64,000 bases of DNA from Candidatus Latescibacterota bacterium (GTDB lineage Bacteria > Latescibacterota > UBA2968): assembly GCA_965198115.1 (NCBI GenBank), contig OZ240241.1:4640001-4704000 (forward strand), read 5' to 3'. The notes beneath the pieces were generated by a model, which was not told where the DNA came from, did no database searches, and saw only the letters and a program-made list of their open reading frames with translations. Position numbers and translations under genes: made by a program. Numbering within the stretch: position 1 is the stretch's first letter; each line of letters starts with the position of its first letter. Shown here piece by piece: positions 50,241 through 59,717 of this stretch.

Positions 50241-51614
50241 ATGAAGCCCAACCTCCTCTTCATCTTCACCGACCAGCAGCGCGCCGACACCATGGCCTGC
50301 TACGGGAACACACACGTACAGGCCCCCAATCTCAATGCGCTGGCCGATCAATCGTTCGTGTTCGACAACGCCTATGTGACCCAACCTGTTTGTACGCCCG
50401 ATCGATCGACGATCATGACCGGTCTCTATCCGCACACAAACGGCTGTGTCGGCAACAACGTGCGACTGAATCCCGACGTGCAGACCCTTGCCGAGATGGT
50501 CTCTGACGACTACGCAACGGCCTACATGGGGAAGTGGCATCTGGGCAACGAAGTCATCGCCCAGCACGGTTCCAGGAGTGGGTGTCGATCGAAGACAACT
50601 ATCGGCAGCACTATACCGAGGACGAGTACCTCGAGACGCTCAGCACCTATCATCATTTCCTGGTAGAGAACGGATACGAACCAGAACACGAATCTCTCGG
50701 AAAGCGCGTCTTCCGTCGGCCAACCTGCCCGAGGCGCATACGAAGGCGACCTTTCTTGGACATCAGGCTTCGCACTTCATCCGCGAAATCACCGAACCGT
50801 TCGTGCTCTATGTCAACTTCCTGGAGCCGCACTCGCCCTACTCCGGTCCCTCAACGACTTTTATCCACCGAAGGAACTACCAGTCGGTCCCTCCTTCCTG
50901 CAATCTCCCGCCCAGGACACATCAGAACGCACGAGAGCAAAGGCTGAGTCGTTCAACCACAAGTCGACCGAGGGTCAGGACCTCTCGACCGAAGCGGGCT
51001 GGCGCAAGGTTCGTGCACAGTACATGGGACTCGTGACGATGGTTGACCGGGCGGTAGGGAGTATCCTCACAGCGTTGGAGGAGAGCGGTCACGCCGATAA
51101 CACGGTCGTCGTCTACACCTCCGACCACGGCGACCAAATGGGCGATCATCGGATGTTCGGGAAGGGAGTGTTCTATGAGGAATCGACCCGGATTCCTTGC
51201 CTGATGCGAATCCCCTCCATGGGCGCATCGCAGACCAGAATTCCGGGGCGGTTCAGCCAGATCGATCTCGTACCCACGCTACTGGATCTCCTGGGAGAAT
51301 CGATCCCCGATCATCTGCAAGGTCAAAGCCGGGTGCCCGTCCTGGAAGGAACTGAGACGCTCGAAGGGAATAATGCCTTCTTCGGATGGAACTCACCTGA
51401 CAATGAGGATCCGTGGCGGTGCATCGTCTCCTCGGAAGGCGAAAAGCTCAACCTCAGTCCGACCGATCAGTGCGAGTTCTATGACCTGAACGCCGACCCT
51501 CACGAGCTGCAGAATCGCTTCGACGATCCATCCTGCAAGGATCGGATTGAAGATCTCACCAACCGCATCAGACAATGGCAGGAACAGACCGACGACCCAC
51601 AGCCCCGCGTGTAG
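50241..51614 (+). CDS. Sulfatase-like hydrolase with several apparent frameshifts
   Basis: PNLLFIFTDQQR, CTPDR, GKWHLG; NFLEPHSP; YTSDHGD, FYDLNADPHE spread over different frames. Confidence 0.85.
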
Positions 51615-51692
51615 TCAGCGACGTGCCCTTCAAAGCGAAACATATCTCCGCTTTAGTAACTCATACCAAAAGGAGGATCGGAAGAACGGATC

Positions 51693-52514
51693 ATGAGATA
51701 CTATTTCAGAGAAAACGTGCGTCGATACGAAAAGATGACGCAGATGGGGGTCGACAGCTGGGCGGAGTGGGCTTACGGCGGTACGGACTACAACGACTTC
51801 TCATCCCGTGCGTTTCTCGAGTTCGCCCTGCCCAAGCTTCGGTTTCGGACAAGCTACCCACGAGCGCTCGAACTGGGGACGGGCGTCGGACCCGGCGCGC
51901 TCATGCTCGCCGAGCTTGGATTCCGGGTCACGGGGTATGACGTGATCCCGACGGCAATCGAAACGGCACGGAAGATCGCGACAGACCGCGATCTCGAGAT
52001 CACCTACGAAGTGATGGACGTTACTCAGATTCCTCACGACGGAGAATCGTTCGACCTTATCGTCGACAGCTACTGTATCAACCACATCGTATTCGTCGAA
52101 GAGCGGACCCGCGTGTTCGAGAGCGTCAAGGCGAGGCTGAAACCGGCCGGATATTACCTCGTCAGCTCTGCCGTCTACAATCCAGAGCGTCACTCGCCCG
52201 ACGAGAAGATCGTCGACGCATCGACTGGGCGGACCTACGACCTCTACGATGGCGACTGCCTCTACGATCCCGAAACCGACTATCTTTTCGAACCGTTCGG
52301 ATTAAATCCCTCCGAGTACGAGCGGAACGAGCCGTGTACGGACAAGCTCATCGTCAACAGGGAATCCTACATCCCCCTGCGGTGTTACCGGAACCGAGAA
52401 AGGCTAGAAGCCGAGCTGAAAGCGCACGGATTTGACACGCTCCTCTATCATGGTGAATACGAAGAGAGTTTGCTCTGCGTCCACGAGGGAAGCGGCACCC
52501 AGCTCGCGCCCTGA
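51693..52514 (+). CDS. Class I SAM-dependent methyltransferase
   Basis: ALELGTGVG, VTGYD, FDLIVDS, LKPAG. Confidence 0.88.
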   Translation: MRYYFRENVRRYEKMTQMGVDSWAEWAYGGTDYNDFSSRAFLEFALPKLRFRTSYPRALELGTGVGPGALMLAELGFRVTGYDVIPTAIETARKIATDRDLEITYEVMDVTQIPHDGESFDLIVDSYCINHIVFVEERTRVFESVKARLKPAGYYLVSSAVYNPERHSPDEKIVDASTGRTYDLYDGDCLYDPETDYLFEPFGLNPSEYERNEPCTDKLIVNRESYIPLRCYRNRERLEAELKAHGFDTLLYHGEYEESLLCVHEGSGTQLAP

Positions 52515-52538
52515 GAACGACACGAATTGGAGAAAGAG

Positions 52539-52709
52539 ATGGTAGGCAGCCTGAAACGTTGGCACCTGATAGTGGCGCTTCTCAGTTACCTGCTGGTGAT
52601 GTTCGTGATCGCCATGGCAGTTTCTTCACCTATCGCGAAGACAGTCGTCATCGCCGCCATCCACATCGGAGCCGCCTACATCGGCCTCAAGCATAAATCC
52701 AAAACCTAG
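52539..52709 (+). CDS. Small two-TM membrane protein
   Basis: Two hydrophobic stretches, basic C-terminus, GGAG RBS. Confidence 0.55.
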   Translation: MVGSLKRWHLIVALLSYLLVMFVIAMAVSSPIAKTVVIAAIHIGAAYIGLKHKSKT

Positions 52710-52735
52710 GACGCTTCGCCCTAGAAGGTGTAGAA

Positions 52736-54736
52736 ATGAAGAAACTCTACCTCACGTTCGTCATTGCCACACTCATTGGAGGTTCCGCCGCTGGGAGTAT
52801 GGACAGCCAGGATCCCGAGGCGAGAATCGCCGCCGTCAAGGAAGTGACCGATCAGAAAGTGCTGGCAAAAGTCGCGCGGAAAGACAAGGACTGGCAGGTC
52901 AGAAAGTATGCCGTGGAGAGGCTAACAGACCAGAAGGAATTGAAGGGAATCGCACGCAAAGACGAGGATTCTCGTGTGCGGTTGGCTGCAGTAGCGAGAC
53001 TTTCAGACCAGAAAGAACTGGCCCGGATCGCACAAAAGGACAAGGACACTACTGTGAAATCGGTGGCAACGATGCGACTCACCGATCAACAGCTCCTGAC
53101 CAAGCTGGCGACCGGCGACGACCTACTGTTGGCCAACATCGCTACACCCAGAGTGACAGATGAGACTCTGCTGAAGAAGGTCGCGGCCAAAGCCAAGTTC
53201 GAGGATCTGCGCGACTATGCGATGACGCAGGGACGCCAACTCGTTTGGAACGCTCTCTCGTCGGGCTTCCAAGAACTGGAAGAGGACTCCTTGAATGTTC
53301 TGGCCAGTTCCGCGAAGGATCCTGCCGTAGGGATTGCCGCTCGCGTCAGTCTGGGGTGGAGTACCTGGGACGAGCCAGGCACAGTGGCCGTGCGGTCGGA
53401 TAGGGGCCTGGGCGACTACCTGAGGGCAGTGGCTCTGGTGGACAGTCCAAGAGCTGCTACGGGCTCAATTGTCGACGCAACACGTCGTTACCGTCAAAAG
53501 GGTCATACCACGCTCATTCCAGAATTATGCACGCTCCTGCTGCGATACGGGGACAAGACGTTGGCGGAAGAATATCTGAACTCCGATAGCGACCACCTCA
53601 AGACTGCGGCTGTGAACTGGGCCTTAAAGAACGAGCACGTTATCGATGACTACGACAAAGACTCACCCGCAAGGCTGTGGGGTCCCGAGAGCGAAGTTAT
53701 CGTACCATTCCACGCGGCGATGACGAAGCCGGTCATAAAGGAACTGCCGTCGCCCACCTTTCCAAGAGAAGCCTTGATGAAGGTCGGAGGGCCCACCTAT
53801 ATCACGTTTCTGATTGGCAAAGACGGACAAGCCAAGGATGTCGGAGCAGTTAGTGGAGATGGGGCTCTCCATCAGGATATCGCCAATGTGCTCCATCAGG
53901 CCGCTTTGGAAGCCGTCTCTCAGTGGACTTTCGAACCTGCCACGGATCGGTACGGCAAGGCCGTGGCGGTGCAAGTGACCATACCCATACCGTGGCACGT
54001 TCCCTCGGGTATTCCCGTGGGCAGTATGGACCTCGAACCCATCAAGAAGGATCATAGAGGCTCCTTCGAGAGCACAGGACCATCGTACCGAGGCAAGGCC
54101 AGAGAGTTTCAAGGATTCTTTGGCGTCTTGAAGCTTCAATACAGGTTTTTCCTGATGTCGGGTGAACCCTTTGAGTCGTTCAGAATGTGGTGGGAACATA
54201 GTGACGACTTCCTATTGCAACATTCGGACAAGGAGCGAACAGTCAAGGCAGCTACGCTTAAGGAGCAGAGACCAGATCTATTCAGGAATTACAGGGCAAT
54301 TCGACCCAAAAAGGTGGCCCTCGAGAGCACCTTGCGCTTTGTTGAGGGAGGCGGGGTGACCACACGATCCATTGGCAGATATCTGATTCAACCCAGGGCA
54401 TCCATAGGTAGTTACGGCTTTGAGCTACCATCAGGACGGACGTGGGAAGACGTTTTTCCTGTCTCGCCCGAGGCGACTGCTCAAATCGATGGCTACATCA
54501 ATAGACTGAGGGAGGTCTCGGGTTGGGCTGAGGATGACATCAAGAAGGCGGCAGGCGAACTGGATGCCGGCACAATTGAATCTCACGCGATGTTCAATAA
54601 ACTCTCATTTGCTTTTGCCGAAGAAATCAAACTCGCCGAGCCCGTGAATATCGTCAATCTGGAGCTGCCTCAAGCGACACTCGATCGAATCGTGGAGTCT
54701 TACTACCACCTGGAGCAGGGGGTATCGGACAACTAA
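52736..54736 (+). CDS. Exported protein: HEAT-like repeats + TonB C-terminal domain + unknown C-terminal domain
   Basis: Signal peptide; VRxxAVxRLTDQxxL repeats; PTFPREA...TFLIGKDG...AALEAVSQWTFEPA...GKAVAVQVTIPI. Confidence 0.7.
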   Translation: MKKLYLTFVIATLIGGSAAGSMDSQDPEARIAAVKEVTDQKVLAKVARKDKDWQVRKYAVERLTDQKELKGIARKDEDSRVRLAAVARLSDQKELARIAQKDKDTTVKSVATMRLTDQQLLTKLATGDDLLLANIATPRVTDETLLKKVAAKAKFEDLRDYAMTQGRQLVWNALSSGFQELEEDSLNVLASSAKDPAVGIAARVSLGWSTWDEPGTVAVRSDRGLGDYLRAVALVDSPRAATGSIVDATRRYRQKGHTTLIPELCTLLLRYGDKTLAEEYLNSDSDHLKTAAVNWALKNEHVIDDYDKDSPARLWGPESEVIVPFHAAMTKPVIKELPSPTFPREALMKVGGPTYITFLIGKDGQAKDVGAVSGDGALHQDIANVLHQAALEAVSQWTFEPATDRYGKAVAVQVTIPIPWHVPSGIPVGSMDLEPIKKDHRGSFESTGPSYRGKAREFQGFFGVLKLQYRFFLMSGEPFESFRMWWEHSDDFLLQHSDKERTVKAATLKEQRPDLFRNYRAIRPKKVALESTLRFVEGGGVTTRSIGRYLIQPRASIGSYGFELPSGRTWEDVFPVSPEATAQIDGYINRLREVSGWAEDDIKKAAGELDAGTIESHAMFNKLSFAFAEEIKLAEPVNIVNLELPQATLDRIVESYYHLEQGVSDN

Positions 54737-54783
54737 GATTCCCGAGTCTTCCACGCAGACCCGAATTGTCATACGTGATCTGC

Positions 54784-55438
54784 TTGAACTCTGCTGAGTC
54801 ATGACCTCCGGCAAAGCCGGAGGCTTGAAAACTTGTGAACCGCTCAAAGCGGTTGGAAACCAAGCGCCACCTAAAGGTGGCGATTACCTGAAAATGTTGA
54901 GCTGGTCGAGACGCCGGTCCTCCCGCTCCTGGTTCTGGATATACTCCCGAACCGTCTGTTCATCCTTGCCAACGGTGGAGACCCAGTAGCCTCTTGCCCA
55001 GAAATGCTGCCCGGTGAAGTTCGACCTGCGTCCCAGATAGTTCCGAGCAATGTGAATCGCACTCTTTCCTTTGATGAACCCTACCGTCTGAGCTACTGAG
55101 TGCTTCGGCGGGATCGAAATCAACGTGTGCACATGGTCGGATCGCAGGTGACCCTCTTCCACACGGCATTCCTTCTGTGCGGCCAGATCCCGAATCACCT
55201 CGCCCAGATAGCGACGAATTTCACCATACAACACTTTTCTACGATACTTCCGAACCCAAACAACGTCATACTTGCACTCCCATACCGTGTGACGTAGACT
55301 CCTTACGTTGTTCATTAGAGAGCCTTCCTTCCGTGTGCTTTGAGCGGTCCACGGCAAGGGAGGCTCTTACATATTTCTGGAACTGTCAAACTCTGGGAGT
55401 CTCCCCGGCAGAGCCGGGGGCTTACCAAGGTTTAGTTA
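54784..55438 (-). mobile_element. IS200/IS605-family element, TnpA only (left boundary approximate)
   Basis: Subterminal hairpins CCTCCGGCAAAGCCGGAGG and CCCCGGCAGAGCCGGGG; minus-strand right end reads ...TTCAA; no TSD seen. Confidence 0.85.
54884..55315 (-). CDS. tnpA: IS200-like Y1 (HUH) transposase
   Basis: KYRRK, DHVH, GFIKGKS, FWARGY.VSTVG, EYIQNQ. Confidence 0.93.
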   Translation of the reverse strand: MNNVRSLRHTVWECKYDVVWVRKYRRKVLYGEIRRYLGEVIRDLAAQKECRVEEGHLRSDHVHTLISIPPKHSVAQTVGFIKGKSAIHIARNYLGRRSNFTGQHFWARGYWVSTVGKDEQTVREYIQNQEREDRRLDQLNIFR

Positions 55439-55836
55439 GCACGACTCGACGCCGGCACCGAATCGCTAGGCGTTCAAGGCCTGCAGGCCTTGCTTCGCCA
55501 GGTTAGCGCGACTCGGTGTTGGGGAAAGATGACTAATCTCTCGATGAGTGTCAATGTTCTGTGGGCGACCACTGTCAACCGATCACTCTGAGTAGGCGAT
55601 TCACGAACCGCATTGTAGATCCGGTACCAAGAATTCAATGGATCGCCGTATCGAAAGGCGTCGGACGTCACCGGTCGTCCTTCGATACGATCTGTCACAA
55701 TGCTGTTCTATGTAGCTGGCCCATTTCCATTGCTTGATAAGATCACTCAGGATGACCGGTGCGATGACCTCCAGTAGTTTCCAGCTCTGCTTCTCTTGGC
55801 GCCCGTTTCTGACTGACGTCTGACACCTGGTTTCCC

Positions 55837-56854
55837 ATGAAGTCTTACAACCAGCTCACGCGACTGGGCGAGATTCGCCGGATCCGCCAGCTCGCGCTGA
55901 ATGCCTTGAAGCAGTATGACCTCGAGGTCGAGCGGATGCGGTTCGTCGCCTGGTGGACCCACCCCGTCTTTCGCCTTCGAACAAAGGATGGGAGATCCTA
56001 CGCCATCCGGATTTGCGAGCCTGGTTGGCGGACGGATACCGACCTGTTGTCCGAGGCCATGTGGCTGGAAGCTCTGCATCGAGATTCAGACATCGGAGCA
56101 CCGGCTCCCGTCGCCGCGCGAAATGGCAGCTATTTCGTCAAAGCGACAGACTCGGGGGTTCCGCAGCCGCGCAACTGCTTCGTGATGACGTGGGTACCGG
56201 GCGCCATGCTGATCCGGCAACGTCTGAATGAGCCGATTCTTCACGCGGCCGGAGAACTCTTCGCCCAGCTTCATGAGTTAGCGCTCAGCTTCAAGTCGCC
56301 GAAAGGGTTCACGACACGGCGAATGGACCGAGTCTACGCGCGTGAAGAGAAGGATGTGCTGTTCGAGACGCAGTTCCGAGACGCCTTCACTCCACGCTCG
56401 AGGGAAATCTTTGAGCGGGCTCAGGCGCGCGTAGAAGAAGTATTCGAGCAGCTGTATCGCGATGTCAACGACCTGCGCGTCATTCATAACGATCTTTGGT
56501 ATGAAAACATCAAGATCTACCGCAGTCGATTGTATCCTTTCGACTTCGAGGACACGCTCTGGGGCTATCCCGTTCAGGATATGGCCACATCCTTGCTCGA
56601 CCTGATGCTCGATACGGATGTCGCTCGCTATCCCCCTTTACGACAGGCATTCAAGCAGGGATATGAGGCGCACGCTACGTGGCCCGAGCGTTACACTGAT
56701 GAGATCGATACCTTTATGGTCGGCTGTATCCTTCCCAAGGTGGAACCGTACCGCTTTGCACCACCCGAAAAACCTAAAGGCCAAAATCGACGACTGGGGA
56801 CCGATGCTGGAAAGATTTCTGGATACAGGCCAGGTGACAAAGGACAAGCGATGA
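55837..56854 (+). CDS. APH/homoserine kinase type II-like phosphotransferase, frameshift near 56730
   Basis: SEAMWL..L, AQLH, VIHNDLWYEN, FDFED; probable C-terminus in the 56618..56854 frame, ending in an ATGA overlap. Confidence 0.8.
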
Positions 56855-58545
56855 ACACGTCCCGGCCCATTTATCGTCACGAGGAAATCGCGGCGAGCTC
56901 AGGCATGGTCGTCGCCCAGCATAAAGAGGCGGCGAGGATCGGCGTCGAGGTATTGCAGTCAGGCGGGAATGCCGTGGATGCCGCCGTCACGACAGCGTTC
57001 GCGACAGGTGTGCTGCTGCCCGTTTGGAACGGGATCGGTGGCGGAGGCGTGATGGTCGTCCATCTGGCAGACGGTCAGGGAGGCGTCATTGACTTCGGTA
57101 TGCAAGCGCCCGGTTCGGCCCATCCCGAGATGTACGAGCTGGAGAGCCAGCTTGTGGTGGATGGCGTATCGCGACGCTTCTCATTCCCGAAGGTCAAGGA
57201 CGGCGCCAACAGGGACGGCTACACGGCAATCGCCATTCCGGGCACGCTCGCCGGATTGTGCACCGCGCTGGATAACTGGGGATCGATCTCACTGGATCAA
57301 GCCATCGCGCCCGCAACCACTCTCGCCCGTGAAGGATTCCCGCTGCCTCGTACAGAAGCGCTTACGATGTCCGACAACCACGGGCTATTGTCCCGCTTCG
57401 AGGCCACGCGTGAGGTCTATCTCAAGAAGAACGGCTCGCCTTTGGGAGTCGGCAATCGTTTCGTCCAGACCGACTACGCGGACACGCTCGAACGAATCGG
57501 CAAGAACGGACCCGAAGAGTTCTACGGCGGCAAAACGGGCGCTCGCATCTGCGAGGATGTGTCACGCAACGGCGGTTATCTCACGCTCGATGATCTGGTC
57601 CAGTACCGGCCCATCGTGCACGACCAGCCTCTTCAGACGCAGTACCGAGATCTCACCGTCTCGGGCGTGCCAGGCCCGTGTGCCGGGCCGACGGTGCTGG
57701 AGATCCTCAATATCCTGAACACATTCGACCTGAAGACAATGGATCGGGTGGACTTTCTCCATACACTGATCGAAGCCGTCAAACTCGCCGCCGTCGATCG
57801 TTTCACGTTTATGGGTGACCCTGCCATCTACGGTTTTCCCTGCAACGTTCTCGCTGATTCCGACTACGGTCGGTCTCGGGCCGAGACAATCGATCCGGCC
57901 GCCGCGACCGAGTTCGCCGCAGGGACGCCGTGGTCCTACGCAGATACCGATCGGCCCGATGGGTTTCCTGCGCCGGCTGGAGTTGCCTCGGACGATGGCA
58001 CCACACACATCACCGTCGCAGACAGCGATGGCAATGCGGTCGCCCTGACGCAGACAAACCTCGGTTTCTCCGGCGTTGTGAACCCCGGTGTAGGGGTCAT
58101 GATGAACAACGGCATGGGCTGGTCGTGTCCAGTTCCGGGCACGGTGAACTCCATCGCGCCCCACGCACGGGCGCTCAACAACATGACGCCCGTCATCTGT
58201 CACCGGGATGGTCGCGTGGTTCTCGCACTCGGCGCCTCAGGCGGTCGTCGCATCTGGCCGGCTGTCGTCCAGATGATCGTGAACCGAATCGACCTAGGGA
58301 TGTCGTTGCAGGAGGCGATGGAGCAACCGCGTGTTCACGTCGAGTCCGACGATCCCATCGTGGATCAGCGCTGGGGCGATGACGTGATCGACGCCCTGAA
58401 ACGACGTGGTCATCGTGTCTCTATTCCCCCCGATGAGTGGGTCCTCTTCCCGTTTTCCGAACCGAACGGCATCGCCCGTGACGGAAACGAATGGAAAAGC
58501 GGCCTCACGCCGATGGCAAAGCCGACTCACGCGGCGGGATATTGA
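56851..58545 (+). CDS. Gamma-glutamyltransferase family (Ntn hydrolase)
   Basis: GGNAVDAAV, GIGGGG, IPGT, GTTHITVADSDGNAVALTQT, GASGG. Confidence 0.92.
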   Translation: MNTSRPIYRHEEIAASSGMVVAQHKEAARIGVEVLQSGGNAVDAAVTTAFATGVLLPVWNGIGGGGVMVVHLADGQGGVIDFGMQAPGSAHPEMYELESQLVVDGVSRRFSFPKVKDGANRDGYTAIAIPGTLAGLCTALDNWGSISLDQAIAPATTLAREGFPLPRTEALTMSDNHGLLSRFEATREVYLKKNGSPLGVGNRFVQTDYADTLERIGKNGPEEFYGGKTGARICEDVSRNGGYLTLDDLVQYRPIVHDQPLQTQYRDLTVSGVPGPCAGPTVLEILNILNTFDLKTMDRVDFLHTLIEAVKLAAVDRFTFMGDPAIYGFPCNVLADSDYGRSRAETIDPAAATEFAAGTPWSYADTDRPDGFPAPAGVASDDGTTHITVADSDGNAVALTQTNLGFSGVVNPGVGVMMNNGMGWSCPVPGTVNSIAPHARALNNMTPVICHRDGRVVLALGASGGRRIWPAVVQMIVNRIDLGMSLQEAMEQPRVHVESDDPIVDQRWGDDVIDALKRRGHRVSIPPDEWVLFPFSEPNGIARDGNEWKSGLTPMAKPTHAAGY

Positions 58546-58584
58546 GATTGAGAGTAACGCTGCAGCCCGCGCGATGAAGCAATG

Positions 58585-59191
58585 TCACCCGGTACGCTTC
58601 TTGGCCGAGTCCATCTTGACTTTCACGTAACTGATGTCAATGCAGATGATAGATGCTGTAAATACAGTCGGCGTAGCGCCAACGAGGGGTCGGGCTATCC
58701 AGCTTCCAGTCGAGCCCGTCCGAGGAATGGGCCGTGTAATAACCGAATCCACCCTGTGGCGTCGCGTCGGCGTGAAACGGCCCCCAACGGAAGTCGATGT
58801 GACCGGTGGCGCGGTAGCGGGAGTCAGCGGGAGCGTCGGGGTCGATAAAGACAGAGGCACAATGGACGCCAAGGTTGCAGAGATTGTTCGCCGTGCCATT
58901 GTAGTCGACCAAACCGAGAGTCGGCTTGCGCCACTCGATGCCATCGTCGGACTCGGCATAGCCGACAAACGACGAGGGATACTCGCGCCCGCCCTTGGGC
59001 GTGGCCTGATACCACATCCGATACCTGCCCCCGTCCTGGAGCACCGAGCCGTAGATGAGCGCACCGCCGCCGTCGACCAGGCTGTCACCCACCAGCACGG
59101 GCTCGGGTGACACGTCAGGCGTACGCTGAAAGAAGTTCCATTGCTCTGCAAACCTGACGATCTCCAATTTCGGTTCGAACAGTAGCTCCAT
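58585..59191 (-). pseudogene. Truncated beta-propeller glycoside hydrolase-like gene, paralog of 4067..5434
   Basis: YRMWY, YAESDDGIEWRKP.LG, SSDGLDW; stops after ~185 aa. Confidence 0.65.
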
Positions 59192-59337
59192 GAGCAACGA
59201 CCTCCCTGTTCTTATCCCGGGCACGCTCGATCACTTGCCAAGGATGCACCATCAATAGCGGGGATAGTACCGACGCGTCGGAAAAGCTGTCAAACCAAGA
59301 TGTCCATTCAGCCACGATTCGTAGCGTGACCAACGCC

Positions 59338-59507
59338 TTGACTCTTACAGGAAACCCCCTATCCTTTCTTCCAGACTGGCGGATGAAAAAACAATAATTC
59401 GAGCGCAGTCGCTCAAGCAGGCAACCGCCATACCAGTCCACGAGGCGCCTGCTTATCCCTTTGTCCCATTTCTTGGGATTCATCAAAGGGATAGGTAGGC
59501 GTCTTTT
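59338..59507 (+). promoter_or_regulatory. Putative promoter plus structured leader with antiterminator/terminator
   Basis: TTGACT-16-TATCCT; mini-ORF ATGAAAAAACAATAA; AAGCAGGC/GCCTGCTT; 21-bp stem 59443-59463/59484-59504 running into a short T tract. Confidence 0.55.
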
Positions 59508-59717
59508 GCATACGCTCCGCCTCTAGCAAAACACGATACCGCACAGGCTCGTCACATAACTGCGTGAGGGGAAATGCGTCCCCGTGCTGAACACGGGGAC
59601 GAGCACGCGTCATGACTTGCCTGGGCCCGGTACTATAGGCCCCTAGGACCGGGGCCCTGCGAACGAAATTCACACTCGTCCCCTGGGTTCCCGCCCCGGG
59701 GGCGCAAAGATAGCTAC

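Noticed and set aside
55440-55830. ncRNA/omegaRNA or gene remnant beside IS200
   Set aside because: No TnpB/IscB present, and no convincing structure or recognisable ORF
55837-58545. 902-aa phosphotransferase-GGT fusion ORF
   Set aside because: A plausible kinase C-terminus lies in another frame (ending 56854) and overlaps the GGT start as ATGA; the linker looks out of frame, so the fusion is probably a frameshift artefact
59430-59450. PyrR site, ZTP or c-di-GMP-II riboswitch
   Set aside because: Only short fragments resemble these motifs (AGTCCACGAGGC, GACTGGCGG, GCAACCG); core elements and expected downstream genes are missing
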